This document shows positions 1 to 12,021 of a stretch of DNA of 64,000 nucleotides, piece after piece (positions within the stretch are counted from its first letter, which is position 1; the number at the start of each line of letters is the position of its first letter). The notes beneath the pieces were generated by a model. That model ran no database searches and was not told where the DNA came from. It worked only from the letters and a program-made list of their open reading frames with translations. The DNA is taken from NCBI RefSeq assembly GCF_963514075.1, contig NC_083761.1, positions 49,861,777-49,925,776 of the forward strand, in the 5' to 3' direction. Both the position numbers and the translations under genes were made by a program. The DNA is from Conger conger (lineage: Eukaryota).

Positions 1-9
1 TTGTGTGGA

Positions 10-250
10 AAATGGTAAATGGCTGGCATTTATATAGCACCTTTATCCAAAGCGCTGTACAATTAATGCTTCTCATTCACCCATTCATACACACACCCCA
101 ACAGCTATTGGCTGCCATGCAAGGCACCGACCAGCTCGTCAGGAGCAATTGGGGGTTAGGTGTCTTGCTCAGGGACACTGACACAGCCTGGGCGGGGGAT
201 CGAAGCGGCAACCCTCCGACTGCCAGATAACCGCCTGAGCCAATGTCGCC
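10..250 (-). mobile_element. tRNA-derived teleost SINE copy. The reverse-complement reads as a typical fish SINE body ('ctttggataaaggtgctatataaatgc...gctcaggcggttatctggcagtcggagggttgccgcttcgatccc').
   Basis: It matches the widely distributed teleost SINE consensus I remember, including the polymerase III box-like motifs. The ORFs at 3-230 and 77-286 are spurious translations of it. Confidence 0.6.
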
Positions 251-399
251 CCTAATGTCATGTGGTCTGGATGCCAGTTCAAACAATATTCAAACCAGGA
301 CTGCGGCCTGAAACATCACACCACAAGCTGAAACACGGACTGAATTTACACTGCAGCGTGGAAGACTAGCCATGCAAACATGTAATTACCCACACAATG

Positions 400-650
400 C
401 CGCATAGTGCAAAACTGCGGTGAGAATAAGCCTCTTGCATTCAAGGAACATCACAGCCTCACAACATTCCTAAAGACAGTACAAAGAGCCTCCTGTAGAG
501 GTGCTGGACCTCGATGCAGGTATCAGTCCGATGCAGTCACACACCAAGGACCGGGGTTCAGTCCTGCCAAAAAGCAGAGTTTGGCCAGCTCACATGGGAT
601 AACGCAACATAATGGGCCCACTGCTCCGAGGGTGGGGGGAGGGTTAGTAG
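400..650. mobile_element. Second SINE-like repeat, with a tRNA-related segment 'gggcccactgctccgagggtgg'.
   Basis: Has the sequence composition and motifs of a fish SINE and no protein-coding signal. Confidence 0.35.
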
Positions 651-904
651 AATAGCCGCATATATATCTGCGCCCTGATCGCCTCAGAATTACTGTCACG
701 GGCTGGAACGATGTGGCTTGGAGAAGGCGTGTCCTTCTACAGGTCACTAGATCTCACCGGGCCACTGATGAATGAGGATATAGACGGTGTATGGCATGGG
801 TAATCGGAATAAGACAGGGTACATTTGGCAACCAAATTGGGAGAAGATGGAGAGAAAAAAAACTAAAAAAAACTAAACGTATGCATGTATTCTGTGAACC
901 TCAC

Positions 905-1289
905 CAGTGCTGGACACGGTCTCTCTCACGAACGGCTTGTTGACAATGAGCTTGGACTTGGCAGCGAAGTTGAGGGCGTTGAAGGTGTCGAAGTAGTAGG
1001 CCTGCTCGGGGGCGATGTTGGCGATCATGACGGAGTGGGCGGAGCCGCCCAGGGAGTCCTGCAGCAGACGGGTCAGCTTGCTGTCCCTGTAGGGCACGCG
1101 ACCCACGCCCGAGTTGAGCGAGTCCACCACCTTGCTGAGGGTGAAGAGGGACAGGTTGATGGCGCCGCTCTCCTTCAGACGCAGGCCCTGGTTGCCGGTG
1201 CGGCGGTTGTCCTCGGAGCCCGCCAGGTCCACCAGGTACAGCTTCCCCGTCAGCTGACGGTGAGGGGGCGCGCGCTGGGACTTCTCCAC
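905..1289 (-). CDS. kif22: kif22 (kinesin-like DNA-binding protein, Kid) coding exon 5, the motor-domain switch II region.
   Basis: Translation gives '[129 protein letters not shown]'. This contains the kinesin DLAGSE motif and aligns colinearly with human KIF22. Acceptor is ..ccctcgag|GTGGAG. Donor is ACTG|gtgagg at 904-903. Confidence 0.9.
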
Positions 1290-1903
1290 CTCGAGGGAGG
1301 AGAGATTCGGCCACCGTTAAGGTCACAGTTCGACGCTTCGTTCGAGAGTTGGTTCTCTCGAACACAGATTAATTTGGGATTAGAAGTGAACTAACTATCC
1401 GGTAACGCTTTATTTTACAGCCCATTAATCACATACAGGGTACATACTGGGTATGTACACAACTATTTCTGTATTTATTAGGCAAGTACTACAACCATTT
1501 CAAAGGCAAGTATTACAAACCAAAGTCAGTAACTGTCATATAAAAGTTGTTTCATATTTATAGTACTCCCCTCTGAAATCAAAATAGTTACAAGTACCTG
1601 ATACTTACCCAGTAAGTACCATTTACTTAACCGGCTATAAAATAAAGTCACCAACTATCCCTTTAAAAGTACAATTAGGTCTGAGTGGATGCCAAGCCCA
1701 TATTCCACACGTACATCAAACACACTAGCCAGAAAACTATTTTCATGAGAATGTGGGTTTGGATTTGGTTCTGGACCTCACCACCCATCTGTCTGAGTCT
1801 TTAATTATAGAACTATTCTTTACAGATCATATTAAATAACATGCAAGGTGTCCGTTCATGCTGAGAGAAGATGGCTGTGATCCAGGGGGAAGGGAGCAGA
1901 CAC

Positions 1904-2113
1904 CTTGATGAGCAGAATGGCGTGACTGCGGCTTGACCGGTGGTTGAGCTTGGTGGAGGCGGTCGTGCGATTCAGACTGGCGGGAATGAAGTGAGTGTGG
2001 AAATCCGAGAAGGAGGAGAGCGACGTGTGGGTCAAGCCCGGGATGAGGATATTTCTGTCCTTGTCCTCACGGATAGGCAGGTCCTGCGTGTTCGGCGAAA
2101 GCAGGTCCAGCAC
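1904..2113 (-). CDS. kif22: kif22 coding exon 4, the switch I region.
   Basis: Translation '[70 protein letters not shown]' carries the kinesin NxxSSRSH motif. Acceptor is cttcccag|GTGCTG. Donor is ATCAAG|gtgtct. Length 210 nt, phase 0/0. Confidence 0.9.
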
Positions 2114-2205
2114 CTGGGAAGATATTAACAGTGACGCGTATAACAATGTTTTTCATTGCAGGGCTTATAGGATAAAAGCCATCGATGTCATCAGAGAATG
2201 ACTAC

Positions 2206-2360
2206 CTTCTCATTGTAGATCTCAAGGTAGGACATGCCAATTGTGTGGTCCCAGTCGCCTCCCTCCTTCTCCTGCGCTCTCACGAGATTGAACACCTCCC
2301 TCACTGCTCGTGGAATAACGCCTGGCTGCTTCTGAGTGCCCAGCATGGTGTGAGTCTTAC
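2206..2360 (-). CDS. kif22: kif22 coding exon 3, the P-loop region.
   Basis: Translation '(G)KTHTMLGTQKQPGVIPRAVREVFNLVRAQEKEGGDWDHTIGMSYLEIYNEK' carries the GKTHTM Walker A motif. Acceptor is ..cccag|GTAAGACT. Donor is GAGAAG|gtagtc. Confidence 0.9.
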
Positions 2361-2978
2361 CTGGGACAAGACAGAAGGGGAGGCAGGATAAGAACAGCAT
2401 ATGCAGGTTATGAATTGGGGCAGACAGAGAGAGGGTGCCTGGACATTATCCTGTTTCCTGTCTGAGTTTGAATCAAAGGCATGGTGTAGCTCGGGGATAA
2501 AGACAACTGGGATTTTTATTGCTAGCAGGCACAACAATAACGTTTGTCCAGGGAAAGTAATACTCGGGACTGTAAAACTTTCCAGCCACTTGCCCAGTAA
2601 GGAAAGTGACCATTTTGGGCCAATTTACAATTGAGCAATGCACAACACAAGTAACAACTCGTGGGAGACAAAAGGTCTCAATACAATAGTACCTCATGTT
2701 AGTTCACATGGCATCTCATCACCTTTTTAAGGATGAGGCTAAACCAATAGTGTAGTTAACAGCCAAACTGCATAAAAAACACTTTCACTCAATAGAAGCA
2801 GGGGATTTTATAACAGATGCACTTTGACTCAGTACCCTTGAACTGATATTACAGTGCCGCTTCTTTATGAGACAAGAGAATAGCATGGGACAATACGACA
2901 GACAGTAAAAAGTTCAGAAATAACATTAAGCTAATAAAATAAGCACAAAAGCACATAAGGAAATGTAACAAACTGTAC

Positions 2979-3106
2979 CGGCTCCAGTGGGTCCATAGGC
3001 AAAGACACTGGCATTCTGTCCGTTCAGCAGGTGAGGTAGGATGGGCTTCACTGAAGTCATAAATACCTCCGGCTGGGTTGTCTGCTCCCCATAGAACACA
3101 TCAAAC
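2979..3106 (-). CDS. kif22: kif22 coding exon 2.
   Basis: There is no ATG, so it is absent from the ORF track. Translation '(Q)[42 protein letters not shown](G)' matches human KIF22 'FDAFYGERSTQQDIY...[18 protein letters not shown]'. Acceptor is ttttag|GTTTGATG. Donor is GGAGCCG|gtacag. The reading frame is continuous with exons 1 and 3. Confidence 0.85.
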
Positions 3107-4248
3107 CTAAAAGAACAGACACTTTACTACATTTATTTTTCTGAACTCGATTCCACTAGATTTTCCTCATTTGGTTGAGCGTCTTATCAGATATGATCAG
3201 ATAATCCCTGTGCAGGAGTTATTGTGGTGTTACCTGCTTTGCCTGGGTAGCGCTCAATGCCGCAGTTTCATTGTAGTGAAGGCACTGCTCATTTGGTGAG
3301 GAACAGACATGTTTTATTAGGTCCGAAGTGTTAAGGTTTCTTAAATTGAGCCTCAAACATGTTTCACCTTAAAAAATGCATACGTTGCATTTTTGCACAG
3401 CAGTCCACAGCTAAAGCAGTGCAGGTTACATCCAGGCATGCCGTTTGATCGCGTGTCATTGATCTTTTTTTTTTTTTTAATGCATCGGTTAAAATGATAA
3501 TTCTTTGTGTTTTCATTCTTCTTCCCTGTGGATTCTGCTGGACAGACTTGATGGGCAAGAAATGTGCCCAATCTCTTGCTATTGAGAATTCTGTTACAGA
3601 CAGGGTTCTGCACACAATTCCGTGGTCACGTTAATGTCCAATATTTGCGTGATCTACAGTAAAATAACACCGTTTCATGGTGGCAACACAATAGAAAAAA
3701 ACAGTATAAATATAAAAATCATTGTGAGTCACACTACTCATGGTCTCAGTTTACTAAGAAATTAAGGCAAATAGCTAAAAATCATTTTATGCTTTTATGG
3801 TGTTAAATTGAATAAGCTTGACAAACTGCCTTGGAGTTGAGAATAACCGATAAGGTCCACTGCAAAAATCAGCAAAGTAATTACTTGAATGTGTATTAAA
3901 ACAAACTTTAAAAAATATATATTAAATGTCTGAGTGTGATGCTTGGATAATACGCCCCCCATAATCCTCCATACACTTCGTATTTAACTTCGTATTTAGG
4001 AGATTACCTACCTTGTTGCCTGCCCCTTACACTAGAGTGTTTTCTATAGTTTATATCAATGCAACTGCTGGCAGCGTGGTGTTCTGTTAAGAAAATGTTC
4101 CATGCCAAAAAATAAATAAATAGACAGCCATCAAGTTAATGTGCAAAAACAGTTTAAAAAAGACAAGACAAAAAGCAAATACCCAAACGGCAAAGACCGG
4201 AGGCAAAGCAGCTGCTGCATGGGCAGTACGAGGACAGAACATACTTAC

Positions 4249-4442
4249 TGGTACTGCAGGGTCTCTGTGGAATTTCTCCAGTTAATGATCTCCAGACTCT
4301 GTGGCCCCAGGCCCCTGACACAGGCCCCCTCGGCCTTCTCACCCTGCTTTTCCATGCAGGGCCGCAGCCGAACAGCCACGCGGACCCGAGATGGCCGCTT
4401 CGAGCCTCCAGCAGCATCGCCCACAGCCACGCGCTGAGCCAT
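4249..4442 (-). CDS. kif22: kif22 first coding exon. Start codon is at 4442-4440.
   Basis: Translation 'MAQRVAVGDAAGGSKRPSRVRVAVRLRPCMEKQGEKAEGACVRGLGPQSLEIINWRNSTETLQYQ' matches human 'RVRVAVRLRP...[25 protein letters not shown]'. Kozak context is cagccATGG. Donor is TACCA|gtaagt. An upstream in-frame ATG at 4544 encodes non-kinesin residues and is presumed 5'UTR. Confidence 0.8.
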
Positions 4443-4596
4443 GGCTGAGCAGGAGGGAAAGCAAAGCAACTGATAATCATCTGAGTAACCGCATACGTTT
4501 ACAACCGGGCAGCACTCCCAAGCTATTAAAGACACAAACAACATTAAATATGTGGGTGGGTAAACGGGTTATAAGGTCAAGGATTGAGGAATGACA

Positions 4597-4660
4597 TCAA
4601 TATGGCATGGTTATTGAATAGATACACCAATATGGCATGGTTATTGAATAGATACACCAA
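4597..4660. repeat. 32-bp tandem duplication 'atatggcatggttattgaatagatacaccaat', two copies, in the kif22 5' flank.
   Basis: Two exact adjacent copies are seen in the sequence. Confidence 0.8.
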
Positions 4661-6229
4661 TAGCATTCGCAATTTTTGATGTCGAGTATGGTCTGAAAGG
4701 GCATGTTTACACAGCAGGTCTTGATGACCAGTCGTTTTTTTGTTGTTGCATCTATCCAATTTATTTGACCGCCCGTTTACATGTACTGAGTGGTTGTGCA
4801 TACATATCATTCAAAAATACAAAAATAAGAATCTAATTTAGAATGCTGTGTGAAATTATGATCAGTGTGTTGTGACCGTAACGTCAGCAGATATATTCCC
4901 TCCTGGTTTGTGGCCCAAAATGGCTCTGAAAATAGCTGATCTCATGTGCCCAGTAATTAGCAATTCCACTGTACTGCTTTCACAGTGAAATCAACACTAC
5001 TGGCTACCTACTGGAATGCACTTCATTTATGACAAGCACTGTATAATGAAATGCATACTTGTAGCATATTATTTGGCTGTAATTAAGGGTTTGATTGGCA
5101 CTCATGAGAAGAAAATAAACAAGATGAAGCTTTCTTCAGCGAGCACGTTACATGCAGAGCACTCTGGAGTTTCTGCTCTTAGTCTGGTGAAAGCCCTCTC
5201 CACAGAATCAGGAGATTGAGTTGGAGTGGTTTGCTGCCTGTGAAGTTGTGGGAACGAGACCAAACACCATCATTAGGGTCACCTCGGGTGCATGTGCTCT
5301 TCCACTACGCGTAGAAGGATCATCAATTTCTCATAATAACATTAATAACTTGCAGGCATTGACCCCTTAAGTCTCACTAGCCCAAGGCTCCCCATAGGGG
5401 CATTGGGAAGAAAAACAAACCAAGGCAGTAGAAGGGCAGGCGAGGGGAGGCTTTTTTCCTAATCACTCAGCAATCAGAATTTCTGGTTTGCATCAATATC
5501 ATTTTTAACAGTGCAATTCTCAATCACTATGGTAACAGGATATACAATTTCAAAACATTAAAACTACATCCCACTCTCCAAAAGGTGTATAGTTTGTTAG
5601 GCTTTCATAAAACACACCTTTTTTTGCGAGCGTAAAGGTACAGTTTTGCGGGCGTAACAAAACCATAGCATCTTAAATACGCACACCAAGACTGTTACAC
5701 ACAAAAACTGTTCCCAAAATTTTATGGCCAAAAAGGCAGACGTTTTACTACAAAATTGTGATACCAACGTGCAAATGGAGCAGTAAATAGAGACTTACTG
5801 AAGAATCTCTCGTCTCTAGCCTCTCGAGTGAATATTTCTGAGGAAGAGAGTGAAAACACCTTTGGCTTCACATTTGGCATTTTAATTCTCGAGACCCCAT
5901 TTCATATCAGTGATCCTCTAAATGCATTTTCAAAAGATTGCATCATTATTCAGCAAGCTTATAAGGAGCAAACCCATTTTTGAATAATAAATACCACGTG
6001 AAATGGTGGTATGTGTTCAATCAATGGACCTCAATGGATGAATATCTTAGCAACAGGTCAAGAAGATTGCAAAATCTTGTGTACTGAGGAGAGCACAAGG
6101 AGAGGGAGATTCCATTTTTCTGAGTGTAGGGTGTCATGAAAACCACACACTTGACAAAAACCTTCAAGGGCCAAAGAGAAGTAACCATGGGAGAGACTGA
6201 AATATTGTAAAGGTTGTAAAATGAACAAC

Positions 6230-6692
6230 ATCCTTGTAAAACAATATAGGAACTGCAGTGGGCGATTCTAAGATTGTTAGCTTTAGTTCTGATCTGTATG
6301 AAGAATACTGCTTCATTCAGGTTTACCAGTCTGGCCCTTCTCCACTGGCCTCTCATTAACAAGGCGTCTATGCCCGCAGAACTGCTGCTCACTGGATGTT
6401 TTGGCACCTTTCTCTGCAACCTCTAGATACTGTTGTGCATGAAAATTCCAGGAGTTTCAGCAGTTTCAGAGATATTCAAACCACCTGTCTGGCACCAACA
6501 ATCATTCCACAGTCAAAGTCACTTAGATCTTAGAGGATTTCTTCCTCATTCTGAAAAAAAGGCTGAACCTCTTGACCATGTCTGCATGCTTTTATGCATT
6601 TAGTTGCTGCCACATGATTTGCTGATTAAATATTTGCAATAACAAAGTGGTGTACAGGTCTACCTAAAGTGCTCACAGAGTGTATACAGACT
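6230..6692 (-). mobile_element. Tc1-like DNA transposon fragment of the same family as 15966-16547. The 5' terminus (as the reverse complement of '...ctttaggtagacctgtacacc', 'ggtgtacaggtctacctaaagtgctcacagagtgtatac') is at ~6692.
   Basis: The characteristic family segments '...ccacctgtctggcaccaacaatcattccacagtcaaagtcacttagatc' and 'ttgctgccacatgatttgctgattaaatatttgc' match the other copies in the window. Confidence 0.6.
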
Positions 6693-6920
6693 CACAGACG
6701 TCACATTCCCTGAGGAAGGCCTACAGTTGAAACGCATCTTTCTCTGGTAGTTGGCTAAAATATAGGCCTGAGGTTGGTCTCTAATGTTACCCCAATTCTG
6801 TTCTCTCGCTACACCTTTTCTTACTAAAGCACTGATTTCTCCATTTCTTTACTGACAGTACCTGCAATTTTCTTTCGTGTCATGCAAGTCCTGGAAATGT
6901 GCAGTTCTGTGTTGATTCCA

Positions 6921-7867
6921 GGGGCCTCATTTATAAACGTTGCGTAGGCACAAAAGAATGCGTACGCCACTTTCTAAGCAAACTTTGACATTTATAAAAA
7001 ACTAACTTGACGGGAAAATGTGCGGTCCTCCACGGAAACTCTGACCCATGCGTACGCACATTAACTGGAGAAATGAGAAACTGTGCCTTTAATGCTCGTG
7101 ACGCAAGACCAGAAAACGGGAAGTAAAACAGGATGTAAAAAGGTATAAAGATTTGCCGGGAGTTATGGCTGGGTATGGCTGCTGTAAGGACGTGCTTCGT
7201 CCCTGTTATACTTATTAAAGTGTTGTGTTGTTGAATCTCGCTATACGGGTTCTCTCCCTTCCTAAGTGCAACACAACATTTGGCAACGAGAGAAGTCGAA
7301 AATGATATACAACAGATACCACTGTGTAAAATAAATCTAAATTGATTGTTGTTGATTGTACTCTTAAAGGGTTCTGATTTTCTGCATGTTTACACTAGGA
7401 CTCGGAACTATACTGTCCTCTCAGGTCCTCTTTGCACTGTAATGTAATGTAATGAAATATTACCTCTCACGTATCATATACGAAGAGTTAATTTGCAAAA
7501 ACGGATGAAAGCCTCTCTTACAACAAATAAACAAACAGCTGTTTGATTGATGCTCCCTCGAGTGCCCAAAAAATATGATTTAGGATGATAAATATAAACG
7601 GAGATGTTGTTGTAAAATAATCCCTCAAATATGTAGACGAATTGTTATTAAATGTATTCTCATAAATAATATTGGGAACAGTCGGACAAATTGCGCTGCA
7701 CTGATGCCGTTTACAATGCGTCAGTCGGGCAGATACGAGCATAGTTTCATATATTGTTATCATATTCATATATTATGTTTTATAATGTGTTTATTGTTAT
7801 AATTTTTTGTTTGTTTTATCTCTTAATTTTGTAACTGTTTTCAATGGTGCTAGACAAATAACGTGCA

Positions 7868-7898
<31 letters not shown>

Positions 7899-8289
7899 CA
7901 TCGTCGTCGTCACATTCGTTGTGCAGAACTGTTCGTCATTTACAATCAATCAAGATAATTCCCACACCTGTAGCTTTTCAGAGGCAATCAAATGGCTGAA
8001 ATCCCTTTTCTTGGCCTTTTCAGCGTTTGCCATTGTCGTTTTCGTGAAATGCATATTCATTAGGGGTGTTTCACTGCCTATTTATAGGCAACTGTGGGCG
8101 GGACATGAAGCTGGCAAAGTTGCGCCACATTTAGAGTTGATTGTGATTTACAAAGGAAAACTGGCGTGGGGCGTGCGTATGCACTGTTTTATAAATCAGA
8201 ATATTTTTTTTGCATACGCACGTCCTGGGTTTCATGCTTACGCAACCTTTTTACGTGAATCCTACGCACAGTTTTATAAATGAGGCCCC
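6921..8289. mobile_element. Non-autonomous DNA transposon (MITE-like, possibly hAT-type) with TIRs 'GGGGCCTCATTTATAAA' and subterminal GCGTACGC-type repeats. It carries an internal (ATT)n.
   Basis: 6921 'ggggcctcatttataaacgttgcgtaggc' is the reverse complement of 8261 '...cctacgcacagttttataaatgaggcccc'. Short 'tgcgtacgc'/'gcatacgcac' motifs repeat near both ends. There is no intact ORF; the 158-aa ORF at 7807-8283 is a poly-Ile artefact of the microsatellite. Confidence 0.55.
7869..7910. repeat. (ATT)n / (GTC)n microsatellite.
   Basis: attattattattattattattattatcatcgtcgtcgtc. Confidence 0.95.
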
Positions 8290-8311
8290 AGGTCTCCCTG
8301 ATCCGTTTCCG

Positions 8312-8645
8312 TCGGTCTGTACGGCTCAGCCAAAGGTGTTCCTTGTAAAATTGTTCACGCACGTATACACGTCGTTTTATATAGGCGGTATCAGTTTTAA
8401 TTCATCTTAATTTATCTGCATAAGAGTACAAAACTGTAGTAGTTGAGCGTGAACAAACACGGTCTTCCGAATACAGGATAGTCGTGAAGTTATTTGTCGT
8501 TCTCTATAATTATTGGTCCAATTCATATTAATCCAAGTGTTTGTTTTAGTTTATGATCATGGCCAACAAGCAACCATGATCATAAACCACATTCCTCAGG
8601 AATTGACTTATGCTGGAAGCGGCCGCTTCCACTTGTTCTTTTCGG
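8312..8645. repeat. Left arm of a ~4.1-kb inverted duplication; its partner is at 12022-12430.
   Basis: 8561-8600 'ggccaacaagcaaccatgatcataaaccacattcctcagg' is the reverse complement of 12096-12135. 8440-8530 is the reverse complement of 12150-12245. 8323-8440 is the reverse complement of 12300-12430. The arm contains a GGAAGCGGCCGCTTCC palindrome at 8616-8631. Confidence 0.7.
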
Positions 8646-9915
8646 AACACTAAGTTACATTATAGATCAAGTTACGCAAGTTAGCTAGAGCTAGCTAACA
8701 TTAGCGAACAAACTGCACGTAATTGGCTAGCTAATCAAACTTATTAGAAAACCAGTAACTTGGCTAGCTAGCTGTAGCTGAATACCTTGCTAGACAGATA
8801 TAATTCACTTAGCCCAACTAAGTTAGCTAGGTACGCGTTTAGTGAGCAACACATGACACATTTAAAAAAAGTATTAACTTAAGCCAACCTACCTAGCTTG
8901 CTACTCGGCCATTTATCTATTTATTAACAGCCAACCAAACACATATTATGAAAGGACCACGCTTACCTTAATATTGTTCTGAACAGCGGTTAACTTCAGA
9001 TGCTTTAACTGCTGTCGGTGTAAAATAACAAGCTTGGCTATCGGACAAGAAACAATTTATGAAAACGCAAACGTTTGCGGTCTATCGTTTAGATACAGCC
9101 ACTGTTGCGAGGACCTTCCATCAAATATTTTTCAAATGTTGGAGCGTGAAGCGTCGAACGCTAAAGTAACCAATAGGATCTCGTGATTAAATACGTCAAG
9201 ACGTACACTTCCGCATACACTAATTTTTTCAAGGTACATGGAAATTGAATAATTAAAACGTGCGTATGCAATTTAATTAAAATAATTCCACACGTCGGCA
9301 ACGTATATAGTTTAACAGAAACAAGTTACACCAGTATATGAAATTCTCACAGATCATAGTTAACAAGGCCATCTTCGCGTAACGTTACATAAAATGGCGC
9401 TATGTTTACATTTGTTTGGATGGCTAGACGAGGCGAAGCAGTTGGTAGTTCTGGTAGGAGAGAGCCATATTGGGGCGGTCAAGACCTCGAGTAAACAAAT
9501 ACAACATGTATTGAGAGATGCAGACTGTAACTCGCTTAATTCTGAACCGATTTCCCTGAAGTTTGATTATTTATAAACGTGAGAAATTCAACATAATTCT
9601 AGTTACTTGTTAGAATTAAATTCAGTTAGTGGGGGTGAACCTAATCAGCTACATGCGAAAACATTAACCTTCTGAATAGCAACAGCTTTCACTGGGACAT
9701 GCAGGCTCAGATCTATGAATACAACATCAAGTGTAAATTATTTAGAATTTCAGCTTTTGTGAGTTTCTCCAAAAATGTAGATTTCTATATATATTATATT
9801 GTTGTATTAATAATTAAATCAATTAATTGATAAAATAAACAAGACAATTTTTGTTCCCCAGACTCCAGTTAAGAGAAGAACATCCCGTCAGTTCATTTGT
9901 ACATCCCTAGACACA

Positions 9916-11220
9916 TACAGCCCCCTCAAAAAGTATTGGAACAGCAAGTTTCCTGTTGCCCAGATGTGTCATGTTAGATTGATTGCTTAAAAAATAAATA
10001 GTTCTGAATGTATGTTCTTTGTTTTAGCCTTGGGTTTTGCCTCATAAGACTACATTTGTGTTAGAAAAGATAAACCAATATGAAGACCAGAGAGCTGTCT
10101 TTGGAGAAAAGCAAGCCATTTTGAAGCTTAGAAGAGGGGAAATCACACAAGCATTGGGGATAGCTTGTACAACAACTTGGAATGTCCTGAAAAATAAAAT
10201 AAATTAACCGCTGGTGTACTGAGCAACAGACATCAAACAGGTTGACCAAGGAAAACAACAGCAGTTGATGACAGAAACATTGTGAGAGCTGTGAAGAAAA
10301 AACCCAAAATATCAGTGATATCACAGGGCAGGGGTGAAGGTATCTCAATCAACTGTTTTGAAGAATACTTAGAGAGTAGTAATATAGAGGTTATACCACA
10401 ACACGCAAACGACTCATCAGTAGTAAGAATTGGAAGGTGAGATTACAATTTGCAAAGAAGTACTGAGAGGAGACAGAAAAGTTCTGGAACAAAGTTTTAT
10501 GCACTGACGAGACCACGATTAACCTCTACCAAAGTGTGAGAAAGATATAAAACATACAAGCTCATCTCTGAAGCACAGTGGAGGAAGTGTCATGGCTTGG
10601 ACTTGCATGGCTGCTCCTGGAGTGGGCTCACTAACCTTTATTGATGATGTAATTCATGATGGTAGCAGCAGGATGAATTCAGAAGCCTACAAAACATTCT
10701 GTCTACCAACTTACAGAGAAATGCGTTGAAACTAATTGGGAGGAACTTCATTTTGCAGCAAGAGGAAGAACCAAAACACACTGCCAACACAATAAATTAC
10801 TTCATTAGGAAGAAAAAGTGGAAGATTTTACACTGACCAAGTCAATCACCAGACCTTAATCCAATTGAGCATGCTGCAGTAAAAGCCTGGAAAAACATCA
10901 CAAAAGAAGAATTAAACAATTTGATAATGTCAATGGATCGCAGACTTGGGATATGCCACTAAATATTAATTGTTATTTACTTTCATTTACTTAAATACTC
11001 TGTGTGCCAATAATTTTGGTCACCTAAAAATTGGGTGGTCCGATACCAAAGGTGCTATGTTCTAAGTAGTTTAACACATCTAGGTGTAAATACCACAAAA
11101 TAAAAGCTGAAATTTGGAACTCTTGTCATGTGTTCATCATTTTTATCTCAACCTCATATGTATTCAATGTATTGCAAAAACGATGGAATTAGCCTCCAAT
11201 ACTTTTGGAGGGGACTGTAT
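9916..11220 (+). mobile_element. Tc1-like DNA transposon, internally deleted and frameshifted, with both TIRs 'TACAGYCCCCTCMAAAAGTATTGGA' and flanking TA.
   Basis: 5' end is 9916 'tacagccccctcaaaaagtattggaacagc'. The 3' end at 11186-11220 '...ctccaatacttttggaggggactgtat' is its reverse complement. Internal translation shows Tc1 transposase remnants '...QQDNDPKHTA...WPSQSPDLNPIEH...'. Confidence 0.8.
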
Positions 11221-12021
11221 ATCTCGTTGTACACATCTTACATAATAAAGTGTCTGCTGAATAATTAAAAATAATCTTTGGCATTTATAGCAATGGTAAT
11301 ACATTGTGTAAGTGAAATAGAGACAAAAGACAGGATTAGAATGGTGGTGGACGCAGCAAGGGAATAACTTGTTGGGTATAACTAATGTGAGGGGATAAGA
11401 TCAAGGGAATTCTGGATAAAGGGTTTAGAGGCAGTCAGACACCGTGGAAATAGGATAATGCTAAATGAAGAATGTTGCATTAGGAACGGGAGAGAGATTA
11501 TTCTTTTATTTAATTTTCCAAAAAGAGAAACACTGTACATAATACAGTAGATAATGCATTCTTGCTTTCTTGTATACCGTCATAAAACACCAAACGAAGA
11601 AGAGTCTCAGTCCCCACTCCAGATCAATAGGTGGCGGTAATTCCCTTTTTGTTGTTATCAAACCACGTTAAACAAAACTGAAGAAAAAGAAGAAAATATT
11701 GTTTGGATACACCGGATACACATCTGCTAACAACGAATCAAATCCACTTTAATATAATTGTACGTGGACACTATAACGGATTGCTTGCTACATTTCATTC
11801 AAAAACTGCGAAAGCAACAGCAGTGTACTCCTAACGTCTAAAACGAGGTTAGTTTTTAATTTATTTATCTAAAGTTAGAGTTAACGAATGACGATGCTCT
11901 AGGCTAGCTAGTCTAACTTACTCGCAAGCCTGTCAGAATAAAGTTACATTAACGTTAGTCTAGCTAATTTGGGGGGTGTGTTGTAAAGTAAAACTTAATT
12001 TAATATGTAAGGTATACTCGC

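Noticed and set aside
885-1394. 169-aa plus-strand ORF and 154-aa minus-strand ORF (901-1365) overlapping kif22 exon 5
   Set aside because: They are alternative-frame or antisense readings of a GC-rich kinesin exon. They are Gly/Ala/Pro/Arg-rich low-complexity sequences with no homology. The kif22 frame is the only one supported by motif and splice evidence.
6021-6419. 132-aa minus-strand ORF
   Set aside because: It lies within a Tc1-like fragment and is a decayed transposase-frame remnant.
7807-8283. 158-aa plus-strand ORF containing poly-Ile
   Set aside because: It is a translation of the (ATT)n microsatellite inside a MITE. Not a gene.
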